A program made the translations under genes and the position numbers. The notes under the pieces are model-generated. The model searched no databases, was not told the origin of the DNA, and saw only the letters and a list, made by a program, of their open reading frames with translations. Shown in pieces: positions 1 through 13,600 of a stretch of 64,000 bases of DNA. This DNA is from Octopus sinensis (Eukaryota): the NCBI RefSeq assembly GCF_006345805.1, contig NC_043000.1, forward strand, positions 148,242,001 through 148,306,000, in the 5' to 3' direction. Position 1 is the stretch's first letter; each line of letters begins with the position of its first letter.

Positions 1-344
1 CCTTCTGGCTGGTTTTGGATAGTTATAAAAACAAGAACTCCGTAAGCCAAAGGTTGTGAGAGCCGAGTCTGGCTGACCAATTGAACAAAGAACTAAAGAA
101 CTACAGTCTTCATATCAACAGTCGCTAAACCAGAAGAAAAGAATGACAACCTTTGTCACCATCAAAATGTATTCTTTATTATGATAATACAATATCAATA
201 CATAGAGGGGACAATACAGGACATTACAAGCAAATAGTGTTCATGAGTCTGTTTAATGAGTTTTTTAAAATAGGATGATTTATATTAAATATAATTAACA
301 TTTTACGCTTAAAATTTTACACTTTAGCTGTGAAGTCCACTGGC

Positions 345-630
345 TACACCGTACGCTTTTACTACGGATGAATTAAGCAGGGTCATTCACCCCCAACTTC
401 CTTTCCACATCGTTCCATCTTTTTCCGTATGCACTTTGCGTCAGGCGTCTTTTCTCCAGCTTGATCTTACTCTTCGGATGATAGCAAACCAGGGATGGAA
501 ATGAATAATCCCGTCACGACGCCTTTCATTCTAGTTTTCCATATACACTCTTTCAACACTGCAACTGTGCATAAAAAAAACATGCCTCACCTTCCTTTGA
601 TAGTCCGGGTGGCAGTGAAATCTTAATCAT
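345..630 (-). mobile_element. L1/Tx1-clade LINE ORF2 C-terminal fragment (frameshifted)
   Basis: Minus-strand translation across frameshifts gives LPPGLSKEGEACF / LCTVAVLKECIWKTRMKG / SLVCYHPKSKIKLEKRRLTQSAYGKRWNDV, resembling Tx1-type ORF2 C-termini. Confidence 0.6.
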
Positions 631-749
631 GCACTCAGCACGTGTTCTGCATAAACTATCAAGCCCGAAAGCTCTGGGCACTGTACAAGGGTGTGCAGAA
701 CGGTTTCAACATCCTGTCAGCACCTCGTCATGAGGCTGAAGAGATGGTA

Positions 750-1019
750 GTCTGAAGGCGCTAAATTATTCCAGTGTCAAGGAAGTGAAAACTGTAGTGA
801 AGAAGTGGCTCAAAGAACAGTCAACAGAATTTTACGGGGCAGGGATACATGCTCTCATTCGAAGGTGGAACATTGCTATTGAGAGAAACGGTGACTATGT
901 TGAGAAGAAAGGATGTGATCTACAGAGGACCAGCTTCATTTTGATGTATGATACATGTTCCTGTGTTGGTAATTATACCTGTCCTAAACAAAATGGCATT
1001 ATTTTTTGACTCACCCTCG
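750..1019 (+). mobile_element. Mariner 3' fragment: transposase C-terminus plus right TIR
   Basis: VKKWLKEQSTEFYGAGIHALIRRWNIAIERNGDYVEK is a typical mariner C-terminus; the element ends TTTTTTGACTCACCCTCG followed by TA (1020-1021). Confidence 0.8.
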
Positions 1020-1221
1020 TACTATGAGAACATGTACACACATACCAGCCGAAATGAACTCTTTTTACCTCGCATGCTTTTCCATTTATTAGTTATACAT
1101 ACCAACCGTTGTGGTTTTGGATATATACAAAGGAACGGTAAATAAATATCTCTTTACAACTTCAATCACTGTTCTTCTTTCATCTTACAAACCGTTACAC
1201 TGGCAACCAACACCTTAACAA

Positions 1222-1500
1222 CATCATCATCATCATCATCGTTTAGCATCCGCTTTCCATGCTAGCATGGGTTGGACAGTTCAACTGGGGTCTGTGAAGC
1301 CAGAAGGCTGCACCAAGCCCAGTCTGATCTGGCAGTGTTTTTACAGCTGGATGCCCTTCCTAACGCCAACCACTCCGAGAGTGTAGTGGGTGCTTTTTAT
1401 GCACCACCTGCACAGGTGCCAGACGAGGCTGGCAAACGGCCACGATCGGATGGTGCTTTTTATGTGCCACTGGCATGGGGGCCAGATGAGGCTGGCAACC
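1222..1500 (-). mobile_element. RTE LINE 3' UTR/tail copy with (GAT)n end
   Basis: Matches the 3' UTR downstream of the RTE ORF2 end at 50277-51014. Confidence 0.85.
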
Positions 1501-2897
1501 ATTACAAATTGGTGACCCTCGAATGAAACGAAGAACTAACCGTTACATATATATATATATATATACATATATATTTTTTACGGAGGAAGGGTTGAGTTGA
1601 TTAAATCGATTCCATTGTACACTTGACTGCTTCTTTATTTTATTGATTCCAGAAGGATGAAAGGCAAAAGTGACCCTGGCAGGATTCAAATTGATAATGT
1701 AAAGTACTCGGATAATTAAAAATGAAGAAATTGAGTAGATAAGACACAGTTCTAGAATTAAGATGAAGGGCAACCTACTGAATGCCCTAAGCAAAGAAAT
1801 TCTTAGTTACTTTAAAAAAGGAGATAGAAAAAAAACACTAACTCATGCCAAGTGTTAGCAACTTTTAAAGAGAAGAGGAGATAAATTCAAGAATTAATTT
1901 TTCAGCTTAATTTACAAGCTTACAGAAAAGGCAGTCTCATTTTAGTCTGCAAGCAAGAGATAAACATGAACATGTTTCTACCCAGTTGACCTCATCAATT
2001 TACTGCAGCCCAACAAAGCCTGCAAATCATTTGATAAATTTTCACATTAAAAAATTTTTAATTATCAAAAATTTTGATCAACATAATTTGCATGATTAAA
2101 AATAAAATGAGCTAAGGTAAATTAATTCCAATGAGCCGATGGCCTGAATTTGGCTAATTAATTCAATAAGTTCATCCATTGCCTCGTACTTTGAGTTATC
2201 TAAATTCATACCAATGACCTTTTTGAGTTATTTACTCATTCTTTTTTTTAATTGTGCCAATCATAGTAGCCCACCAAATCTTTTTAACACTTTTCTACTT
2301 GTAAAATTTTACCCTATATTCTGCGGGTTTTACTACACTTTATTATGTTGATAAGGTCTAATATACTGAAACATATCCATAGATATCTCCCTTACCTGCA
2401 AACACAAATCAAATCTCCTAAGTATTTGAATTAACTTGAGAAATAGACTTAAATTTTTGAAATTATCTCCGTTTTTCATTCAGGGAAACTCTCAACTGCC
2501 GCCAGGTTTTTTATTTCATTTCGCCAACTAAAACATAAATTTCACTTTGCCATTCAGTACGTGGATCTATAAATCGTGTTTGCCATTCAGTGCATGGATC
2601 TATTAATCATGTGTTATGTTAAAAAGGGAATAAGTAATAAGTGTGTATAATGTATGTTGAAGTCTTTTGATGGTAAACATATTGTATTGACTCTTTTATA
2701 AAGCACAATAATGCCAGATTAGCAAGACATTACAGAAGGTAATTGTAAAGATACATTAAACTGATGAAGGAAAGTCAAGTCGGACAGTTGTTGCGACTTG
2801 TTGAGACAACAAAATATCCTTTGATTAGGTATATTTTCAGAAAGTCTATTAGCTTATGGCGTTCATAAGTATTTTTACATTAATTCTACTATGTCTA

Positions 2898-3265
2898 TAC
2901 TCTTTTACTCTCTTTTTTACTTGTTTCAGTCATTTGACTGTGGCCATGCTGGAGCACCACCTTTAATCGAGCAACTCGACCCCGGGACTTATTCTTTGTA
3001 AGCCCAGTACTTATTCTATCAGTCTCTTTTGCCAAACCGCTAAGTGACGGGGACATAAACACACCAGCATCGGTTGTCAAGCAATGCTAGGGGGACAAAC
3101 ATACACACACATACATATATATATATATACATATATACGACAGGCTTCTTTCAGTTTCCGTCTACCAAATCCACTCACAAGGCATTGGTCGGCCCGGGGC
3201 TATAGCAGAAGACACTTGCCCAAGATGCCACACAGTGGGACTGAACCCGGAACCATGTGGTTGGT
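2898..3265 (-). mobile_element. tRNA-headed SINE family B, head truncated
   Basis: Shares B box, CTTGGGCAAGTGTCTT core, central (AT/AC)n and TGACTGAAACAAGTAAAA tail with the other B copies. Confidence 0.85.
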
Positions 3266-3294
3266 TCTGGACGTTATTATTATAAAAGTGTCAT

Positions 3295-3830
3295 ACTGGT
3301 AGAATCGTTAGCATGCCAGACAAAATGCTTAGCAGCATTTCCTGCTCTGCATTTTGAGTTCAAATACCGTCGAGATCAATCTTGCCTTTGGTCCTTTTGG
3401 GGTCATTAAAAGAGACACCAGTTGAAATACTGGGATCAATGTAATGAACTATCCTTCACTCACACAAAAAAAAATTCTAGCTTTGTGCCAAAATTTGAAA
3501 CAATAATTGAGGTGGTGATTTGACAGAATCGCTAGTACGTCGGACAAAATGCTTAGCGACATTTCTTCCGGCTCTTTACGTCCGAGTTCAAATACCACCA
3601 AGATCGATATTGCCTTTCATTCATTTGGGGTTAATAAAATAAATGCCAGTTGAGAACTGGGGTCAGTATAATCAACTTCTGTTGGTCTTGTACCAATAAT
3701 TAGAAAAAAATATTACTATTATTATTATGGTGATGGATTGACAAAATTGTTAGAGTGTCGGAAAATGCTTTGTGGTATTTCTTCCGTCTCTTCACGTTGA
3801 GTTCAAATCCCACTGGGATCAATTCATCTT
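3295..3830 (+). mobile_element. Cluster of degraded SINE family C copies
   Basis: Repeated GAATCGTTAGC...GAGTTCAAAT...GCCTTT...GGGGT motifs homologous to the intact copy at 63383-63619. Confidence 0.55.
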
Positions 3831-5575
3831 TCCAGACTTACCAACCCTTAAAAATAAAAAAATCATCTAGCATCTTCATGGCTAGCTGGCTGGTCGTCTG
3901 TCACTGGAACTGGAACATGGCTGAGTAGCTCTGTGGCCAGTGACTAGACCTTAGAAGGTCTAGAGCCAAAGACCTGGAATAGTGAATGCTGGGCTTTTTA
4001 TAGTATTTATGTGGCTCAAATGAAGGATCAGAAAAACAGTGTCACGAGACCTTATCCAAAGGCCGTGATTGGTTGGCTTACACACTGGCGCGAAATAAGT
4101 CGAGAGACAAACTGCACCAAATGCCAACCAATCAAAGCAGTGGACACAACAGGGTCAAACTAGCCAAAGATGGTTGTAATCTCACACGAGATTCTTCCTA
4201 ATGTGTCTCTCAAACAGTGAGGATATCATTTACGCTACAGGGACAAAATGTGGGTACTTAAAGGTAAAGAGCCAAACTGTGAACATGCTTTCTACAGATC
4301 TATCTACTCGGTTAAATTTGATGTAGAGTAAAGCAGCAAGATTTATCTTGACCCTCAAAGTTTCTTAAATGTAAATATTAATAAGAGCTTTATGTTTACA
4401 TGTTATAATCACTACAAATTAATAATCCTTTCTACTAAAGATACAAAGTTTGAAATTTTGTGGGAGGGGATTAGTCGATAAAAACCGTCTCCAGTGTTTC
4501 ACTGGTACTTAATTTATCGATTCCGAAAGGGTGAAAGGCATAGTCGACATCGGTGAAATTGATGTGTTAACGATTCTGCCAGCTCGTCATAGGTTCACAA
4601 TCACTATTTAAGTACATTGGTGTATATGTGAGCGGGATGACTTGAGGTGGGTTTTTTGGAGACATACCGTTGATATGCAATGGTTTTTTAAAAAAAACAA
4701 AATCTTTTTGCAACATGAAATCCCACTAAATTTGACACAGAATTTTAAAAGTGAAAAAGAAATGCATTTTTCAGTGCCATTTAATGTCAGCATTTTATAT
4801 TCGGCGAAAGAATGCCTCATATTACAAACCATAAATTAGAAGTTGATGCTAGTTTCTATTGCAACTTTAAATTATTTTTTGGACAATTTACATATTTTGC
4901 GGCAGTAAATTACATGTTATTATATATTTAACGAATCAGTAACTCGACACTGACTGCTTGCGCATGTGATTTTAACATTTGCTTTTTCAATTCTTTCATT
5001 ATTGTTTTTCGATACCAAACATTAGAAGAAAAAATTAAATCGAGCCAAAAGAAAGAGGACGAAATTTTCAAACTTGGTAAACATGATCAATATTATGGTG
5101 TTGTTTAATATCAGTGATAAAACCTTTTGTATATTGTATAAGGAGTTAGGTGTAAGTTGAGCTTGGAATGTTAAAAAGCATGTTAACATCACTCGCACAT
5201 AGAAAAAAAAAACTGTTGAAGATCGCAAAGAATATGTATTCCAATAACGAAAGATGAAATACTCAATCCGAGAGCTTATTCAAATTTTTTTGAAAAATTT
5301 TATGAAGTATCTGCAAGTTTTAGCATTGTTAACCATGGAGTAATGACGAGTTTATTAAAGAAGTTTTAAGTGTGTCTCATTTTCATTTGATGATTTCATA
5401 CTACGAACGTTATTATAAATGTCATTGAGTTTACAACACAGAATGTTAAAGATAGAATTATGAAAATGAAAGCCAACAAAGAAAATCTAATTCATGGACA
5501 CTTAAATATCTGAGACATTTGCTTCTATTCATCTTGATGAACTTGTTGGCATTACATCATCACCTTTATTAATTA

Positions 5576-5945
5576 CTAGTACTATGACCCGGCAACGCCT
5601 GGTCATAGTGCTAGTGCATGCATATACAGCTGCATGCATGCGCACATACACGCGAATACTGTCCAAATCTCTGACCAATCACATACAGCTAGCTGGCATT
5701 CAATTGGCGTATCAAGTTTCGGGCATTTTGATTAGAAAATTCACAAAAAAGTCACTTCTATTGATTTTTTAATGACTTTGTGGGGTGACTGGGGAAATGT
5801 AAAGATGTGCACGATCACCCTTGGACGGTTTTGAATGACCATAGAAAGTGCGAGCCCTCTAACTGAAAAAATTGTGGATTTGTATAAAGGACACACAGAC
5901 AGACAGACAGACAGACAGACATTTTGCCGTTTATATATATAGAGA
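5576..5945 (-). mobile_element. Non-autonomous Helitron
   Basis: On minus it starts A|TC TCTATATATAT with (CTGT)n and ends in a long hairpin finishing CTAG|T; no TSD; second copy at 28092-28503. Confidence 0.75.
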
Positions 5946-7564
5946 TTATCACATGATATTTTCACGGAGATTCATTTCGTGATGAATTCTCCAAACATGT
6001 CAGGAAAAGACGTGTGTTGTTAAAGTATTTTGTGAAAGACAAATAAATTTTCGATTATAACCGATATACTCCAAATATGGTGGGCTGAAATGTTGGTATT
6101 GAGAAGTAATTTACAGAAACTTGTTTTTTCTTTTTAAGGAGTAGGGGCCGAAACCGGACGTGGTTCCTCCTGATGATGTCTTGAGATAACTGGATCCTAT
6201 AAAGGAGCTGTTGTGGTAGCAGACCACGAAACACAGTTGAAATTCCTCCTGTGCATGCATCAAAAAGTACTGTGTATAAAAGTAGGCTTTTGAAGATTTC
6301 GATGATGGGATGAAAATTGTGACAAAGTCATTTTGATACCTCCTGCTACAAGATTTTGTATAAACGAAAATTTCATTTACTTTTTAAATTAAATTATAAT
6401 ATAATTATAATTATATTACCCCTATAAAATGGAGTACAATGGTTGAGTTGTGGTTAAGACTTCAACCGCTTGATGAATATTTAGGGTTTTTAGGAAATCT
6501 ATTTACTTGATGTTAAGTTTCACCAAGAATTTTGATCGTAAACTCAGCATTTTTAACATGAATTACAAAGTAAAAGTACTTCTTAAGGCAAAAAAAAAAG
6601 AAAAAAAAAGCAGTTGTTAGAATGTTGAACAACATTCAGAGCAGTTTATAGAAATTCCAAAGGCTATAGTTGGGCAGTCATTTCCTGGAATTTGTTGAGT
6701 AAAGCAAATCAGAAAGTTATAGAAAATAATACTATTTGTACAAACGTTCAGATGAAGTTTATTTCACAGATCTGAAATTACTTGCATCTAAGTGGTTGGA
6801 TTTAAGGATCTGGAAATGCAGTTGACTTTTGCTCCAAACCTGTTTGGAATCAAAAATTCATTATACTTACAGCTTATTTTGGTATTTGTTGAACGTGAAC
6901 AAGTATTCTTGAATAAACATTCTCAATAAAGATCCAGAGAATTACATTCCTGAAAATTTTGGTATCTTGAAAAATTTTTTCATCAAAGCACTCCTAACCA
7001 TTTTTCTAATCTTTCATGTGAAATGTTCTCAGCACTAAGTAATATTAAAATACACAAGAAAAACAGAATGGGTGTTGACTTGATAGTCGATTTATCCATT
7101 CCATAAAGCAACTATCTTCTCAAACTCAGTAACAAAAACAAACCAAAAAAAAAAAAATGGCAAATTTCATTTTATTATCTTAACTTCATAAATATATTTT
7201 GAAATTTCAAGTTATATTTTATTAAACTAATAGTTTTATAAATATATTAGAAAATTCGACTGAATCACTGGAACATCAAACAAAATACCTGGTGGTATTT
7301 ATTCCAGTTCTTTCCCTCCTAAGTTCAAACCTCACCAATGTTAACTTTGCTTTGGGGGTTGATGAAATAAAATGCCAGTCAAGTCCTAAAGTTGATGGAA
7401 TCAACTAAACCTGCCTACTTTCTCAAAATGGCTGGCTTTGTGCCAACAAAAATTTAAATTTTGATATGCAAGAGTATAGTACACCCTTGCTGTACTGAAA
7501 GATCATAAAATGAAATCAGCTTAAATTTATATCAGAATTCCTCAGATCAATCCTTGAGACCACA

Positions 7565-7770
7565 AGAGAGCTTTCACGGGGTCACTTGACCTATTAGAAA
7601 TAGCAGCCAAATCTCCATCAAATCACATCTGCTCTCTTAAATAAAAAAAAAAAATGAAATTTTGGGCAAAGTATTACTTGGTATACAAACAGGTTGGACA
7701 ATCATAGCTGGAATGTTTTTGATCATCAAAGATCTGCTCCACCAGGGCTTGGGCCTAAACGACAATTTAC
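7565..7770 (+). repeat. Interspersed repeat family F (GACCT.CTAGAAATAGCAGCCAAATCT...GGCTGGAATG..TTTGATCAT)
   Basis: Same motifs recur near 8200-8460, 17410-17600, 27165-27360, 41150-41760 and 59545-59720; class unresolved. Confidence 0.55.
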
Positions 7771-7943
7771 AAGGGTTTCTAATGAGAATTGAATGGATAA
7801 ACAAAAAATACTAAAACAGTTGAGAGAGTGTCAGTAAAAGAAGTTAATGACTTCACTGTCCTTCAACATCACTGAGGAAGCTAGAAATACCAACTAAATC
7901 TCACTATACCATCTTAAAAAATAGAAAGGGCATATAACATAGT

Positions 7944-8176
7944 TATTTCTTTACTACCCACAAGGGGCTAAACACAGAGGGAACTAACAAGGACAAAAAA
8001 ACGGATTAAGTTGATTACATCAGCCCCAGTGCGTAACAGGTACTTAATTTATCGACCCCGAAAGGATGAAAGGCAAAGTCGACCTCGGCAGAATTTGAAC
8101 TCAGAACGTAACGGCTGACGAAATACGGCTACGCATTTCGCTCGGCATGCTAACATTTCTGCCAGCTCGCCGCCTT
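7944..8176 (-). mobile_element. tRNA-headed SINE family C, full length
   Basis: A/B-box-like head, GGGGTCGATAAATTAAGTAC core and AAAGAAATA tail; close match to 31970-32203 and 63383-63619. Confidence 0.85.
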
Positions 8177-9134
8177 TTACATAGTGTTGTCTCAGATACT
8201 CTATGACTGGAACAAAAAGACAGAATGGTCATTGATGGAATACTTTTCATCATGTCTTCACAATCAAGGATGGTCTCAGATTAATCAACAAGCAAGGGAA
8301 CCCTTATGTAGTTGGTTGGTCTGATAGAAATAGCAACCAACTCTCCCCGCATATGCAGAACAGATTGGGTAGTGTAGTCCCAGACACACTTTGCTTGAAA
8401 AGGAAGGAAAAGAGTTTGTCACTAACAGATTGCCATTCATTATAGTTCAAGGCCAAAATAACAACAAAACCAACAGTGATAAGCGGATAATCTCCTATGA
8501 ATGGACTACATAAGATTGTCAAAACAGAACTTAAGTTCTTGTTTCTTGTTTATGATTCCACCTTCCACTCCCATCACCTCCTTCTGTCATAGACTGAAAT
8601 TTTGAGACCAAGACAATAACAATTTTCTCTCTATCCTTCCCTCTCTCTCTTCCTCTCTCTATTTCTCTCTGTTTCCCAATGAAGAACAAGTTCTTGAAAT
8701 GCTTCACTCCTCATGGCAAATCAATTCCCTAAACTCCCCTACAAACTCATTTACTGGTTACTTTTTGCCGATACAGGTTACCATCAGCTTCCTCAGACTC
8801 TGGATTTTCATTAGAGGGAAAAGTGGGGTTAATTAGAATATGGGGCAAGTCGAACCTTCTCTTTTGCAACAAAAACAAAGAGCCTAGTGATGACTGGTGT
8901 TGCCATCTGGTGAAAGCATCTTATATTATCTATGTGGTGTCTTATATTCTCTTTGTTGGTAAGTTGATGTCAGAGGTATTAAACATACAGAAAGTTTTCT
9001 GTATTTTTCACATCTTAAAGAAAAATTTCCTCTTGTTAGACACATTCAGTTTGTTTAGTAAATACTTTAGTCAGAAATGACTGCTTTTGTGTGCTGATTG
9101 TTAAGTAGAAGTAATAGGAACAGAGCAGTAAATA

Positions 9135-10312
9135 TTAGGTTGTCAAGAAAGTTCTTGCGGAATTTTAAACTTTGGTTTTAAATGATGTATTTTAGAATTA
9201 ATTTTCATTAAATTACTTTGACTTTATATATCACTTTAAAGCCCGTTTTTTGCTCTATCTAATCGTGTTACTCTTTTCCTTTTCGAATTATTAGGCCATT
9301 TTTTCAACATCGACAAAAAGAAAATTTGCACAGTTTTCTTATTCCAGTTCAAGCTAGGCTGAAAAGCTGCTGAAATAGCACACGATATCAAGAGGATAAG
9401 CATAGTGGTTGGCCAATGGATGTTGACAATGATCAACTAAGAGCTTTAGTCAAAGCCAATCCACGCACAACTGTTTGAGAGCTTGCTTCTGAATTAGATG
9501 TAACGTATACGACAATTTCCAACCACTTGAAATAGATTGGAAAAATAAAATATTTGAGAAATGGGTGTTGCACAAATTGAAAAACAACCAAAAAAAAAAC
9601 GCCATTTCGAAGTGTTGTCTTCCCTTCTTTTACACAAGAACTACCTGTTTCTCGACTGGATTATAACTTGCAATGGAAAGTGGATTCTTTACGACAACAG
9701 GCAATGCTCAGCTCAGTGGTTGGACATCGACAAAGCTCCACGGCATTTCCTGAAGCCAAAGTTACACCAAAAGAAGGTCATGATGACTGTTTAGTGGTCT
9801 GCGGCCGATTTCATCCATCACAGTTTTTTGGATTCAGGCGAAACCATTATGGTGGAGAAGTACTGTCAGCAAATGGATGAAATGCATAAGAAACTCCAAC
9901 AACAACAGCCAACATTGGTCAATAGAAAAAGACCAATTCTTCTCCACAATAATGCTTGGCCGCACGTTACACAACTGACTCTGCAAAAATTGAACAAATT
10001 GGGCTACAAAACTCTGCCTCATCAGCCATATTCACCAGACCTCTTGCCTACCAACTACGACTTTTTCAAGCATCTTGACAACTTTCTGCATGAGAAATAC
10101 TTCAAAAACCAAGACAATGCCAAACATGCCTTCAACGACTTCATCACCACCAGAATGATTTTTATGCTACTGGCATAAATAAACTTGTTTCGTGTTGGCA
10201 AAAGTCTTGATTCTGATGGTGTTTATTTCGATTAATAAAGTTTTGCTTGAGCTGAGATATGTGCATCTGAATTTAAAGGTTAAAAATTGCAAGAACTTTC
10301 TTGACAACCTAA
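9135..10312 (+). mobile_element. Full-length inactive mariner (D34D) element
   Basis: 24-bp TIRs TTAGGTTGTCAAGAAAGTTCTTGC at both ends; TA on the left, CA on the right; degenerate WVPHEL, TCDEKW, HDNARPH and YSPDLAPSDY motifs with stops/frameshifts. Confidence 0.95.
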
Positions 10313-10439
10313 CAATTTGTCTGTTCTGATTTGTAAAATGCTGACTGGAACATAATAAAAGGAGTTAAGTAAAACATGTTCTAATAAAACCCATTATCAT
10401 AAGAACATTGGCACATATAGTAGTACTTATAACAGCACT

Positions 10440-12100
10440 CTTAAAAGCATTTAAACTGAAAAAAAAAAAGGTCACATGTTTGGCATTTGAATATGCAAGT
10501 CAGCTTTATCTGAAGATGCTTTAGTCTTGGTGGGAGAATGAAAGTGTAGGCATAAATTGACTGCATCATTTTATTAAGAAACATGAGAATATTTCAAAGA
10601 AGACACTTAAGGCTTCGTTCATGGATTATGCAACCAGCTTCAATCATAATATAACCTGTTTTTTTTTCAGTATTTATGAAACTGTTGTCAAGAGGTATGG
10701 CTCCACTCCAGATAAAATCTGGAATCTTAATGAATGAGGAAGGACAATGCAGGAGCCAGGAGCAATCATCAATGAAAATGGTAATCAACAGATTGGGATC
10801 ATAGTATCAGCAGAGTGAGGGAAATGAGGAACTTTTTGATGTGTAATTAGTCATACATTTTTTTTGAGTTGGATGATAGAAAATTTTTCACTTTCATGAA
10901 GCATTTTGTGGCACACATTAACAGGATTCGAGAAAAATGCTATTGATATATGATAATCATGAGAGCCACACCAGCATAAAGGTCTTTCACTGTGCCTAAA
11001 GTAAATGGAGTAGCACTGAAATTGGAATCACTTTTGGAACTGTTTTGGGCCATTCAAAAGCCAATACAACTCTATTACCAATGCTTTGGTAAAGGAAAAA
11101 AAGTAGAAACTGAATATGATATATGAAATTCCAGGAATAATTGGGAAGATATCTCTTGAAGCCATAATTTCTACCAACATCCAATCAGGTTTTAGAATGT
11201 CAGTCATTTATCCTCTAGACTGGAATACCTTCAGTGATGATGATTTCTTCTCTTTTGTGACAAATTATGCTTTAACCCTTTTGTTACCATATTTCTGTTG
11301 GGATACTTTGTGTTTCTTCCAATTAATTTTAAATATAACAAATAATTTAGTAAAATAACTTAGTTATCATTAAGCTAGTGTTAGGAACATAAATTGTGAC
11401 TAAGGTTTGGTGGAAGATTTTAATTCTTTAGTTTTGAAAACAAGACATTTGTACAATAGAGCCAGAGATGGTTTCAGGTGGGTTGGTATCAAAAGAGTTA
11501 AAGAGTGATGAAGATTTGGCCATAATAGAAAATGCAACAACCAGTTCTATAGCACTTACCTCACTGACTCAAAACAGGTTTCTTAAAGCCAGAGAATAAC
11601 TACCATTTCATTAAAGCTACCTCAAAGAATAGAAAAGGTAGGAAAAAACCAATTATTCTCCAGCAATTGGAAAATTGCACAACATGCTGAAAACAGAATG
11701 AAAGATCAAAAGAAAGTTTAAAATAAACTAGTTATTTGAAGATTCCACTGTGAGGCTGAGAGTGAGAACAGTAGTGAAGAATGTGATGTTTCTATGGACA
11801 TATATCCGATGAGGAGGAAGAATCTGATAGTGAGCATCTGCAAAGAAACAAGAATGTTTCAAATGCTGGGGTGGAGGATTATGTTCTTGTGTGTTTTGGT
11901 GGCAGGTAAAAAAAGTGTACTATTATGTTGTACTGGTTGATGAAATGGTAGAGTAACAAATAAAACTTTGAAATGTATTCTGAGCAAAGGTTTTTTGCGC
12001 ACAAAATGCACAATGTCAGATGATAATGAAATATGCACGCATTAATATGAGGGTATAGCATTTATTCTGGTTGCTCTGCACAGTTATAAAAGAACAAAAC
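10440..12100 (+). mobile_element. Degraded pogo/Tigger (CENP-B-like, DDE_1) transposase
   Basis: Translated pieces LAFEYA, ATSFNHN, PDKIWNLNE, QIGIIVSAE, NHESH, FGPFKA and NIQSGF...YPLDWNTFSDDDF occur in the expected order; ends approximate. Confidence 0.7.
11276..11497. mobile_element. piggyBac-type MITE family D
   Basis: TTAA on both sides, CCCTTT...AAAGAG termini; homologous to 32911-33131 and 37434-37653. Confidence 0.8.
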
Positions 12101-12500
12101 ATTGTCTTCATAAAATTGTGTTTCCTGTTGGTCTATAGGACTGTAAACCAGAGTAAATACAAAGCCATCTTGTGAAAAATAAACCTTGTTTATGGGTGAC
12201 AAACCAAAGGGATAATGATGCCTTGTCATAATTATCTGATAAACTTACCATTAGGAGATTTAAGCCAGATGGTTCTGGTTGACTTGATCACTGGTATTGA
12301 AAATTGAAACTATGCTAATATAATTCTTAAGTTGTCCTATAATTATATAGTATACTATAAGGTGCTTCACAGCATGTTACAACATACCCCACTGTGGGGC
12401 AAGTAGCAATGTCTAAATTTAGGTCACAAAAGTGACTTTTCTCAGGAATTTCTTTAAGCCTCTGCTGAACTTGTTTGCTGAGTTTATCATACATCACGAA

Positions 12501-12533
12501 TCCTCCTCCTCCTCCTCCTCCTCCTCCTCCTCC

Positions 12534-12610
<77 letters not shown>

Positions 12611-12634
12611 GTCGTCATCATCATCATCATCATC
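12501..12634. repeat. (TCC)n(TCA)n microsatellite, an expanded RTE tail
   Basis: Pure trinucleotide tract abutting the end of an old RTE tail. Confidence 0.95.
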
Positions 12635-12639
12635 TGTTT

Positions 12640-13600
12640 TCTATGCTGGCATAGGTTGGATGGCTTAACATCATCTGTTCTGGCATGGTTTCTACAACAG
12701 GATGCCCTTTTTAACACCAACCACTTTACAAAGTGTACTGGTGGCTGCAGAAGTCACATGAGTTGGAAGAATATGAATGGTGAGTACATGCTGTTGGATG
12801 CAGGAGTGGATATGTTGGTCAGGAAGCAATGTAAATTGAACATAGAACTGAAGAGCTATCAAAGTGCCTTAGCCCTGCAGGGATGAGCTCAACAATGCTT
12901 TTTGTGTGATACCAGCACCGGTATCAATTCTGCTGTAGTGGATGGATCTTTTTGAGTTCAGCAATGTGCCAGATATCTCAGTCCTTTGTAAGGCTCAGTG
13001 TCTTGAGATCAGCTTTCAGTACCTCATCTGATGTCTTTCTGGGTCTCTCTCTTTCCATCCACTTTAAGTGATTGGCACTTCTGTACACTGCTGTCTACAT
13101 CCTTATGCATCACATAACCAAACCAGTGCAGTTTTCTCCTTGCACGTTGCATCTAATTCCTCTTGTGCCTAACTTTTCTTTCAATGCACAAGTACTTTGT
13201 TGCATATGTACACTGAAATTGCACATTTAGTGAAACATACTAGCTTCCTTCTTCTCTAACCTTTGCCTCTCCTCCATATTCAGGACCCACTTTTCACTAC
13301 CATGCAGCATTGTTATTCGTATACATGCATCATACAATTTTGCTTTCACTGAGAGAAAGAGAGAGAGAGACCTTTGGTTGCCAACAGAGATAAAAACACT
13401 CTGAATTTTCTCTATCCTATTCTTATTCTAGTGAATACATTTTCTATACACCCTCTCCCACTGCTAATTGGGTCCCCTGGGTAGCAGAAATTATCCATTA
13501 CCTCTGAAGAACCTCAGGGGCATTTAAGAAAATCAATTTCCTGACTATCTGTAGTTTTTATGGCTTCTGTACATCTCTTGCGTACAAATACTACTTTCTC
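12640..13600 (-). mobile_element. Old RTE LINE 3' fragment (ORF2 end plus 3' UTR)
   Basis: Minus translation VMDNFCYPGDPISSGRGC, LLATKGLS, LYDACIR..MLHGSE and LKEKLGTRGIRC; interrupted at 12739-12891 by an inverted local copy. Confidence 0.75.

Noticed and set aside
2546-2611. 33-bp tandem duplication (also small duplications near 33968, 45400 and 48470)
   Set aside because: Ordinary slippage duplications with no sign of function
6871-6949. Minus-strand coding exon with CAG acceptor and GTAAGT donor
   Set aside because: All three frames contain stops; at most a non-coding exon or chance
12432-12720. Poly-Ser and poly-Met ORFs
   Set aside because: Translations of the (TCC)n(TCA)n tail of an RTE copy
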